From: Macrostomum hystrix
Taxonomy: Eukaryota > Animalia > Platyhelminthes
DNA length: 64,000 bases
Direction of reading: 5' to 3'
Assembly (NCBI GenBank): GCA_950097015.1
Contig: CATNEN010000037.1
Location: forward strand, 1,240,001-1,304,000
A program made the position numbers and the translations under genes. The notes under the pieces were generated by a model. It did no database searches. It saw only the letters and a list, made by a program, of their open reading frames with translations, and had not been told where the DNA came from. Below are positions 51,501 through 61,818 of the stretch, in pieces; the first letter of the stretch is position 1, and every line of letters begins with the position of its first letter.

Positions 51501-52986
51501 TCTTCTTTAATTTAGCTGCACATCATTTCCACCATTCCGAAACTGCAATTGACCTCGTTAGCAACTGCAAGATCTGGCAGCTCTGGCCTTCTACCAATCC
51601 GGGGTCATTCAACGGTACAGTCTTGACGGGCCGCCTGAATCACAGGGTTCACCCGACCGGGCTGACAGCAAATTGCCGGACAATATTCGTAGCATTCTTG
51701 TTAATCAGTGAGTAACTGTGGGATTATATGACTGGGTTTGAGTAGCCAATATGAGACTGCATCTGAGTAGGGATTGTTGGATTGTGTCTGAGTAGGGATT
51801 GTGGGATTGTGTCTGAGTAGGGATTGTGGGATTGTGGGATTGTGTCTGAGTAGGGATTGTGGGATTGTGGGATTGTGTCTGAGTAGGGATTGTGGGATTG
51901 TGGGATTGTGTCTGAGTAGGGATTGTGGGATTGTGGGATTGTGTCTGAGTAGGGATTGTGGGATTGTGGGATTGTGTCTGAGTAGGGATTGTGGGATTGT
52001 GTATGAGTTGGGATTGTGGGATTGTGTCTGAGTTGGGATTGTGGGATTGTGTCTGAGTAGGGATTGTGGGATTGTGTCTGAGTAGGGATTGTGGGATTGT
52101 GTCTGAGTTGGGATTGTGGGATTGTGTCTGAGTAGGGATTGTGGGATTGTGTCTGAGTTGGGATTGTGGGATTGTGTCCGAGTTAGGATTGTGGGATTGT
52201 GTCTGAGTAGGGATTGTGTCTGAGTAGGGATTGTGGGATTGTGTCTTTGTAGGGATTTTGAAATAGTGTCTGAGTAGGGATTTTGAAATAGTGTCTGAGT
52301 AGGGATTTTGGAATTGTATTTGAGTAGGGATTGTGGGATCGAGTCTGAGTAGGGATTTTGAAAAGTTTCTGAGTAGGGATTGTGGGATTTTGTCTGAGTA
52401 GGGATTGAGTCTGAGTAAGACAAGAAATATCAAAGTATGTTTCAAGAATATTCGTAGAAAAAAAGTTTAAGACAGGTTTTAATCTATGTGACCTAGCTGC
52501 TATATTATCAGTATGCATAGTATAGCACACTGTAACATCGAATTATGAAGTCCAGTTCCATGTCTTTAAGGGGGAAAATACAATCCTGTCCTACCTTATG
52601 CGTGAATTTCTAAAATTCTCATACATCATCCAGCTTCTCAGAGGACAGTCTTGCGTCCTTTCATTCTACTTGAAGTATTAAATATGGATTTATGAGAATC
52701 GCCAGACTGTCTCGCACCCCGCAGACTAGCTAGCTGTGAGTGCTGCGGCGGTCCCAGATTCGGGCCCGGCCTGCGCCTTATCCGGCCAGCCAAGAAGCTG
52801 TTCGGAGTCCGCTACCTGCCGCTGCTATTCAACGCCTGCTCGCCGAACTGCCGCAGCGTCTTTCAGCGCAGCGACAGCTGGGACCAGCTGGCTCAGAGGC
52901 TCTACCGGCCCGACACGCCCACGCCGGTGCCGACGCCTGCGCCCGAACTAGGAGAAGTCCAAGAAGATGGCGATAATAAGGAATAA
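45557..52986 (+). CDS. LRRC63: Leucine-rich repeat protein, LRRC63-like, ~9-10 exons
   Basis: Well-supported, phase-consistent exons: 45557-46169, 47575-47809, 49749-49915 (EICVLDCMLTGGIALSLKANFISTLPD..YVNLSYNDF), 50002-50153, 50732-50815, 51329-51473 (LNVEGNELTSLP..NNYLHPLLWAE), 51562-51707 (QLQDLAALAF) and 52725-52986 (CECCGGPRFGPG..LFGVRYLPLLFNACSPNC..stop). Tentative exons: 48537-48628 and ~48832/48966-49108. The LRR pattern is clear; the gene symbol is from recalled motifs. Confidence 0.8.
47865..48315. repeat. 20-bp minisatellite in an LRRC63-like intron
   Basis: Unit AGGTTAGAACCCTATCTAAC. Confidence 0.95.
49140..49246. repeat. 8-bp microsatellite
   Basis: (GATAGTTT)n. Confidence 0.92.
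50210..50678. repeat. 31-bp minisatellite in an LRRC63-like intron
   Basis: Unit ACATCAAATACAGAACTGGTGAAGGTAGGAC, near-perfect. Confidence 0.95.
50955..51200. repeat. 22-bp minisatellite in an LRRC63-like intron
   Basis: Unit GACAAGATTAGAGATGGGGCGA. Confidence 0.9.
51765..52415. repeat. Compound minisatellite in the last LRRC63-like intron
   Basis: Blocks of GGATTGTG interleaved with TCTGAGTAG. Confidence 0.92.
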
Positions 52987-53244
52987 AGATTAGAATCCCT
53001 CAAACAGTTTCCCCTCCTGATTTTGTCCTCTGGCTACATAAGTTTTTTATTAAGCTTCTATTTTTACAAGGATCCATAAATACAGATTGAATAAAACTAT
53101 GGATGATTGCTGCTACACGATAAAATGGTAACGCGACAAGTGGCCTTAATGAAGCTGTTTCAAATGCTTTGCTTTTCGTCTCCAACGACTCAAAAACACT
53201 TCTCACGTGACTCAAACGAAGAGAAAACAATATTGTAGTGTAAC

Positions 53245-53554
53245 ATAATAATAATAATTAATAAATAATTGATTACACCTGCCCCAATTGGGTCAGATGT
53301 GCAGCACAGCCGCAGCTAATGCGCGGCGCATCTGAAGGCTGCGTACAGCTGTTCAGTCCACGGACTGGGGGGACGCCACACCCACCTTCAATTATCCCAG
53401 CTGATGCTGGTACCCATTTAACAGCTGGGTGAACTGAAGCAATGCAGAGTTAAGAGTCTTGCTAAAGGACGCAAATTGCTCCAGTGGAGTCGGGAATCGA
53501 ACCCCCGACCTTCAAGTCGTGAGTCTGACGCCCTAACCACTAGGCTACAACCTC
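53245..53554 (-). mobile_element. tRNA-derived SINE family A, copy 3
   Basis: Same head, body and tail as the other two copies, apart from a small internal deletion. Confidence 0.88.
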
Positions 53555-53567
53555 TACTTGAAGTTGT

Positions 53568-53642
53568 AACATGAACATGTAACATGAACGTGTAACATGA
53601 ACGTGTAACATGAACATGTAACATAAACGTGTAACATGAACA
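53568..53642. repeat. 13-bp repeat between head-to-head SINEs
   Basis: Unit AACATGAAC(G/A)TGT. Confidence 0.8.
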
Positions 53643-53756
53643 CGTCAAAAACGACTTTAAAAGTGCCATCGTATTCTATAGCTCCTTATAGCAAACAAAC
53701 TAGTAAATATTATAGCCAATATTTATAATAACTGCATCCATGCTCATATGCACAAA

Positions 53757-54048
53757 GGGGTGATTGGCAGAGCGGTCTAACGCCAAGGTTCTTGAGCTCG
53801 ATTCCGCGGCGAGGCCACACTCATTTGGGGCGCAGCCGCGGAGAGAAGGCTTGGGGGCTTGTCGTGCAATTTACGCCCTTGAGGGCCAACCTTCAATGCA
53901 CAGTGAGAGTGTACACTGCCTGACGATGAGAGTGAGTGTGTGCCTGCGTACGGTATCTGTGCGCGTGTGTGCTCAGGAGTCAGCGGAATGGGTAGAATTG
54001 CCTCCTCGCTGGCTACGCCGCAGCCCTATTGCATTTATTATTATTAAT
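53757..54048 (+). mobile_element. tRNA-derived SINE family B, copy 2
   Basis: A-box-like TGGCAGAGCGGTCTAA, B-box-like GAGCTCGATTCC and a TTA tail. Homologous to 25224-25500. Confidence 0.7.
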
Positions 54049-54269
54049 ACATGAGCTACTAGTTGCAGTAAAGAAATTGTGAAGGATTTTAAACAACATT
54101 AGACTATTTTTTCTCCAATCGTAAGCCAGTAGCGCTAGTCTAGGCTTGCACGGATAGTGGTGCAATGTTATCTTTATTTGAAACATACAGCCTCCGCCAC
54201 GCCTTCAAAACTCATTATTGATTCAACTGAAACCCAGTCTCATTTTACAATTCTCTAGTATTTAGTATT

Positions 54270-55380
54270 TTAAGAGCGCTTCCTGCGCATCTTCTGGAAG
54301 TTGTTCTTGCGCCAGAATGCGTGCCTACTGCCGCCGATGGTCTGGTGAAAGCCGTGACCCTTGCCGAGGCCGCGGCTCTTCTTAGAGGCGCTAGTCAGGC
54401 CGCGCATTTCGCGGTGCTTGTGCTTGGCGGTGCAGATCCAGTTGATGCGCGGGTCGCGCCGGATGGCTTTGTGGTTGGGATCAACCAGGATCACCTCGTA
54501 GAACTTGTAGGTGGAGTCCTGCGCGATCCAGTAGGAGCCCAGGACCCGCAGGGCGCCCAGCTTGCGGCCGACGCGTTCCTGATTGATTGAAATGGGACGG
54601 AAGATGAATTCGAGAAGCCCGTGACAAAGATGCAGGGGAACTCATGACAAGGATTAACAATGTTGGGAGACTCATGACAGCGATTTAAGACGCAGGGGGG
54701 CTCCTGACAAGGATTAAAGACGCAGGGGGACTCATGACAAGGATTAAAGATGCAGGGGGACTCCTGACAGGGATTAAAGATGCTGGGGGACTCATGACAA
54801 GGATTAAAGATGCTGGGGGACTCATGACAAGGATTAAAGATGCAGGGGGACTCATGACAAGGATTAAAGATGCTGGGGGACTCATGACAAGGATTAAAGA
54901 TGTTGGGAGACTTATGACAGGGATTAAAGACGCAGGGGGACTCATGACAAGGATTAAAGATGCAGGGGGACTCCTGAAAAGGATTAAAGATGTTGGGAAA
55001 CTCATGACAGGGATTAAAGATGCAGGGGGGCCAATGACAAACATAACAGTTACAACATCCAGATAACGAACCTCCGCGATGGCCTGGTGACTGCGCTGGT
55101 TCTTCAGCTGGTTCACACCCTCGTGGACCGGCTTGCCGTAGGTGGCGCCCTTCGGCACCGGGCGCTTGCGGCCACCCCGACGAATGCGAATCCGATAGAC
55201 AACAAAGCCCTGCTTGGCCTTGTAGCCGAGGCGACGGGCCCTATCAGGCCTGGTCGGCTTTGTAGCCCGGTGGATGACGTGCTTCTGGCGCAGATGCCAG
55301 CAGCGCAGGCGTAGGATGAAGCGCATCACATCGGACTGCTTCTTGCGGTAAAGCTCGGAAATGAACTTGTAGGCGCCCAT
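54270..55380 (-). CDS. RPL15: 60S ribosomal protein L15 (eL15), 205 aa
   Basis: Exons 55380-55072 ([26 protein letters not shown]|gttcgt) and 54578-54270 (atcag|[21 protein letters not shown]), phase 0. The sequence is unmistakably eL15. A splice acceptor at 55397-55396 lies 15 nt upstream of the ATG. Confidence 0.98.
54640..55030. repeat. 30-bp minisatellite in the RPL15 intron
   Basis: Unit ACTCATGACAAGGATTAAAGATGCAGGGGG. Confidence 0.93.
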
Positions 55381-58010
55381 GCTGGCTTAAGGCGGCTAGA
55401 ATAACAATGTGATTCTTAAGATCTTAAGGGCATTTGATATGATCATACTTGCATATATGGTACATACTTTTTCAAAATTTTTAAATGTCCTTTCATTTAG
55501 AAGATTCACTTATGGAAATTTTAAAGGAAGTTAAAGCATTAATGGTAAAAGTCTATAATCAATAGCCATAAGGCATTATTAACATGGAAAATTTGCTAAC
55601 AGACTTCTCTTCTTTGTAACCATAGATTATACTGTCTGTTAGTACATATTTATAACTTGACAATGCACAAGCAGTAAGTTGCTAAATGAAATGTGCAAAG
55701 CAAATCAATAAATGAAATTGGTAACAAACTTGGTATTACACTAGATAACAATCAGCTTTAGATGATTTTTTGTTTAAAGTGACAGTGGCACTAAAGTGTT
55801 AGTAAGAAGCCTTAGGGGACAAAAGGTTTATTTTTAGAGACACCCCATTGCCTGTCAAAGTTTGCCCACCAAAATCAGCCCACCAGATACTATTGCCAAT
55901 CAGGAACATAAATGTTCAGCAACAATGCTTAAGGCAGTGTAAGTTTAATTATGAATTATGTTTTTACTATCCCACTAAAAAGTTCAAGGGGATCCCTAGG
56001 GGATTTAAATAGGCTGAGGGCTTGGTCCACTAGCTTTAGAATGTTTCATCTGTCATTGTTACTTGGTATGTAAGAAACCTCTCTGAAGCTGATATGGTAT
56101 CACTTTCAAAACAGGTAAAATGGTTTAGAACATCTCAATTACATAAAAGGTTTGCCAGCTCAACCACAGAGCCTAAAATATTTTCTTTCTTAGGCGGAAT
56201 ATAGGCAGCCTATCTTAATACATGATTCTGGCCTTGCGATAGATCATATTCTTGTATTTGGCAGTTTAGATGATCTACAAATTCTTCAATAGGCAGAACA
56301 TTTCTCTGATGGAACCTTTGATAACAATTGATGTAGGCTCAGAATTCATTACTGTGAGTGTGAATACTATAAATGACAGTTGCAATGAAGTCATAATAAA
56401 AAAATATGATAAAAACTATTGATATCTTGTGTACACAGGGGGGTCTGAATAAAAGCTGTCTCCTATTATGGCAAAAGCTACCTATAAATTTGAAGTACTT
56501 AAAATGTTAATAAAAAAGAAAAAAGGATACCTTCTTAAGTAAAAATATTCTACCTTTACAAAAGTTACAAACTCTTTAAAAAATACATTTTGGATCAAAA
56601 TTATCACAGCCCATAATAGAAAAAGTACATTATTGAACTTTGTCATAAATGACTAAATATTGATGATAAATTTATTTATGACAGGGACTCTAGTGAGCAA
56701 AAAAATGGAAAAAAAAGATAAAAAACATTGTTATGTTCTGATTAAAAAATATTAATTTTATGTTACGAAAATAAAGTATACTATCAATAGAAAGAAGATA
56801 AAATTTACTTTACAACAAGTGTTTATATGCTAAAATTAGTGTAAAAAACAAAAAAGTTATACAGTGCCAAAATTTGTTTTTTTAAGTATTCACTGTGTGA
56901 TTGAAATTTAGAAAAAACTATCTTACATACAACTTACAAATTTTACTAATGCATTGATACTAAAATAAACAAAAAAAATTAAGAAAGAGGATATAAAAAT
57001 CATATTAACAATTCTTGTTTAGTAAATGACTGTTTTTTTACTTTGTGAATTTTTGGTTGAAATTTTCTTTTTTTTCATCATTGTTTTTAGTGTTTTCTAA
57101 GTGTATCCCATTAAAATTTTATGTAGAATTTTATGTAGAATATGATATACTCAAAACTTTTTATTTTCTTTTAGCAGAATCTCCTGGAAACATGTTTCTC
57201 TAATGTACCCCCTTTACACATTTCAGATGGCTTTTGCAATTGACTGAAAATAGTAAACTGATATCTATGTGACATCTATTTGTTAAGTTATGGAATAGGT
57301 ATAGCTTTGCCACTTCTTTAAAGCTAAAAAAGTTTTAAATTGTAAACAAATAAGCAGGGCTTGTCACAATAGTAATCCTATTCAATGTAAAATCTATATT
57401 TAATACTTTAATACTGAGTGTTAATAGAAGATATATATATTCCATAGTGTAGATAACGAACAAAATGAACTATTTGCTTTTGGAATTTTTCAAATCCATT
57501 AAAAAAATTATTGCAATTTTATGTTTTCCAAGTCAAATCTATCCAGTCATCTGGATCACAGCCCTTTATGGGAAAAATATATTACAAAAACAACTAAAAT
57601 ATTGATCAAAAAATTGTCATAACTTTTTTATTACTTGATCAATTTTGATGAGTGGTGTCTTTTAACTCAGACAAGCAAGATCTGTAACACAAGAAAACCA
57701 AAAATATAGAATTTTTTATTTTGAATTTCTTACTAGAGCCCCTATTTATGTAAGGTGTTAAAATGTTCAAAAGGCTAAGATCTGTCAAAAAAGGATACAT
57801 AACAAATTGAAGATTTTAAAAAGTCTCTAGAAATTAAAAAGTCACTGACAAGTGTCTATACATTTGGCCCAATGTACAGTCACTTGTCAGTGGCACTTCC
57901 AAAGACAGGATAATGAGTGTACATCTTTTTAGTCTATCCATGCATGGACTGGTGACCAGAACTAACCAAACCCACGTTTATTTCTAAATAAATAAATATA
58001 TATATGTGTA

Positions 58011-58294
58011 TTATATACATACATGCGCAACACCCGGCCGAACTGGCTGGGTGAAACGAGGGCCAAGCAAGGTGAGTCGCAAAAACAAATCGACCAAGCA
58101 CAAAAAAATTAAAGGGGGGACCAAGGGACAAAAAGGAAGACGTGAAGAAAAGGAAAAAGGGGAGAGAAAAAGAGAGCAAATGAGAGCAAACTAAGTCGTA
58201 AATAGAGCAATGAAACAAACTAAGTCGCAAATGAGAGCAAAAACTAAGTCGCAAGACTGGCTAAGATTTGGGAGGTTGCGCATGTATGATTATA
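58011..58294. mobile_element. Possible short MITE with 14-bp inverted ends, interrupted at its right end by the 507-bp MITE
   Basis: CATACATGCGCAAC at ~58017-58030 and GTTGCGCATGTATG at 58275-58288. The interior has GCAAA.CTAAGTCG repeats. Confidence 0.4.
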
Positions 58295-58801
58295 GAATCC
58301 GGTCCATTTTGGCGACAAATCATTTCGGCAACAAGTCATTTCGGCGACAAACATCGAAACCGCAGTAATAATGGATCTGATAGTGTTTGCTTATTGAGTA
58401 TGTAATGTATTTGATTGTTCTACTTGTTAATGTATTCCTGTTAGCCTATAGTATTTGTTTTAACATGTAATATAAATAGTGAGTTTGGATCAGTTTGGTC
58501 CGTGCTCTATGTGTGTCAACCTCATGCCCCTGTGGGACAGTAAGGTCTTTTACTTTTAATTGAACTTATAGATCTAATCGAGATCACAGTGCATTTGTTG
58601 CCTATTTGTTCCGCACTTCTGCCGATTTGACGGATTTGTGACTTCTTTTATTCGATTTAAATAAAAGTAAAAAAATATATAAATAAAATAAATTTGTTCC
58701 ATGGCTTCAAAAGTATTGTCGCCGAAATGGTTGTCGCCGAAATGACTTGTTGCCGAAATGGTTGTCGCCGAAATGGTATGTCGCCAAAATGGACTGTTTC
58801 C
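58295..58801. mobile_element. 507-bp non-autonomous DNA transposon (MITE) with an 8-bp TSD
   Basis: TGATTATA flanks both sides (58287-58294 and 58802-58809). Imperfect TIRs GAATCCGGTCCATTTTGGCGACA / GGAAACAGTCCATTTTGGCGACA, with subterminal repeats CATTTCGGCGACAA in inverted orientation at both ends. Confidence 0.78.
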
Positions 58802-61800
58802 TGATTATATACCCTCTAGCTAATCCTGTTACTGTATAGGCCTACCCTTGTTACAGCTGGATGAAATGAAGCACTAGGATATATGTTAGCTAAGCTGTAT
58901 TTTTTATTGTACCTACAAAGCAAAATTTTAGGCACTAGTTTTAAAAACAAGTAGGTTTTAAAAAATAAATTAAAATAAATAAAATTTTATGTACATATTA
59001 AGGAATAATAAACAATGAATTTTTCTAGCGCTAACAAGCCAAAAAACAGTTTATGCAGTTTTTGTCAAACTTTTGGACGACTAATTGACGAAATTCTCAT
59101 AAAACTATAAGTTAAGCCTATCAAGGAACAAAATACCATTTGTACTTTTTTTCACAGACAAAGAAAGAATGGTAAGCTTAGCCTATCTCTCTTATCAGTC
59201 TGTAGCTAGTTACTACTGATTTGTTCATGAAAGCCGGTCGCTCGCTACGTTTAAACTTTTTAGTGAAGAACTGACTCAAACAAAGTGTATATGCAACACA
59301 ATTATTTTAACATCTTAAATAAAAAAACATAAACCTTATTTTTGCAAGTAACAGGTAAAGCAGCTAGCTGTTTTAGCTTTTATGCTTAAAATAAAGAGTG
59401 GCACAATTTTAATCTTTCCAGCGTGTCTGATCGGCCACGCACAGGCATATGGCCTGCACGCTTGTCGCTTGACAATACGAATCGATTCTTTAGGCCTATT
59501 GATTTGCTGATGTTCCATTGCACCTAATACTTAAACATTCTAATTTCGCTATCGTGAAAATCCATAACTTCCTTAGACAAATAGTTTTTAAGCCCTAATG
59601 AGTTATGTCATTTAATGCATATTCTCCATAACACTTAACAGTTTTATGCACTGTGGCCATTGAGTCATTGACTAGCTGGCTATTACTTTTGTAGTTTTAA
59701 GTGTAGGCCTAGCTTTATCTATACGACTATGGCTATTATATGAATTAAAGTTTATATAAACATAGCTAAATGTTGCAATACTTTACATACATTTAGATTA
59801 GACTAACAACATTTTCAGCACTCCTTTGGTTTACTTTCATTTTTTCACCAGCATTTTGATTCACAATCCCCATGTAGGAGTAGCAGTAAAACAGAAGACT
59901 TACATGTAAATGATTTCAAGCAAAGGCTGAGGGATAGAGACATTTAATAGCATACTAATTAGTTTATCTCATTCATCCATAGGAGCTGCAGTTTAAGACA
60001 ATTGTCTGTTTGACTTGGACTTGTTTGAAATTAATTTGTGCTTAATTTACATGTAACAAACTCCTAACTACATAGCCACTGCCACCCCTCAGCTTCAGTT
60101 TACAATCATTTAAATAGGGGAAATACATGTAAATAATCATAAACTGAAAGTTGTATAGTATGTATTTAGATAGCAATTATAGTTCAATACCACTAATATT
60201 CAATGTTAAACCTCCCTACCTTTGGTTCACAAGAATTAACATATTTTTTCCTATTTAAATGATCATAAAATGAAGGGGATATATTGGATCTATCTGGTAT
60301 AACAGTTCTACAACTGTTAACTAGTGATTGTAATTTTAGTAATATGACACTAAAAACCCTTTTTAGTTCATGATCATTCCCCCATATAAATGATCACAAA
60401 CCAATTTATATATAGGCCTATAGGATCAATCTCTTTTTTGTCATTTTTTACTTTAGACTAAATTCAGCTGTGATAAATTAATAAAAAGCAAATAAAAACA
60501 AGTGGATTGATTTTTTCACTTTTGGAATGTGTAATAATTTGTATGTGTAGGCATATAAAAAATTTTTTGAATGTGATAAAAACACTTTAACTCTTTTTGT
60601 TATCTTTCCTAGCAGGATTTTCACTCATTTTCAGGATTGTAAACTGAAAGAATGCCATTTTAACATATTTAGACAGCTGGTTATTTAACTTATTTAAAAA
60701 TTTTGGTTATGGTTGATATTGAAGCTAATATTGATTAAGCAAATAATAGACCTAGGAAAGTTTGTCAAAATTGCTGTCATATAAGTTTATGACAATCAAG
60801 GTTTCATTTTTTATATAATATGATTGTTACAAATATATGCTTCACTTCTTGACATTCTTCTCAAATAATTTGTTTAACTTTTTTCAATGTTTTTTAACTC
60901 TCCCCACCTAAGAAGCTAATTTTAGCAAGTTAAGACAACCCCTAATTTTTTGTCTCTTGAAATACCTAACAGTTTTAAGTTTTAAAGAGTTTTTGTTTTT
61001 GATTATAATAAATGCAAAAACACAAGAATCATGTTGTCCAATATGGCTTGGGAGTGTCTGTGGTCCAAACAGGTGAGTTGGTTAGAGAGAGGTCGAGTGT
61101 GAGTACTCAGACTATGTTCTTGCTGCTGAGTTCTTGCTAAGACCATTAACCATGAAGTCTATCTGTCTTATTGAAAGTTTGCATTGTTAGGAATAGTTAT
61201 AAATTGCTAGAGACAAAAAGCAAAGATCTTGTTAATTTGACTATTTAAATAGCTTGGGATGTCTAAACATGCTAAATTTAGCTTTTCAGGTGGAGAAATG
61301 GCAAAAAATGTTTAAAAAAGTATTTTAATGAACAATTCAAGAATAATGCACACTTCTGTTTGATTTGGATTCCCAAACCTCAGGTCTACTTACAGAAGTT
61401 AGCTGTACATAAAAAAGTTAGTTCTATACAATAAAATCCCTAGATTAAAGGTGGGTCCTATATTTATATAATATTGACATAGTAACAAAGCAATAAATTT
61501 TGTATAGTCACCATACAATTAATAGTCCTTGTCAATTTACCAATCACAAATGTTAATAATATATATCAATATAATGGGCTGCTTAGCTTTTGCAAAACAA
61601 AGTCACTGAAATATAGGGCTTATAAAGTAACCTTGTTAGCCTTTGTCTTTGATAAAAAGTTTTGTTAAGTAAATTGAGTATTTTCTTTTTTGTTATTTGG
61701 TGTTTTGTTTCACATTTTTTGTAAGTAGACATGTAGGCAAGCAAACAAAAATGTTATGAATTGTCGGTGAATTTTGTTTTTTTTGCTTCCTTCAAGCCTC

Positions 61801-61818
61801 TGATCTTAAACAGCTTGC

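Noticed and set aside
55400-61800. Box C/D or H/ACA snoRNAs in the RPL15 upstream region
   Set aside because: A C-box-like AATGATGA (minus, ~57074-57081) has no CTGA D box at a suitable distance. A hairpin near 55840-55940 lacks convincing H/ACA boxes by eye; a covariance-model search is needed.
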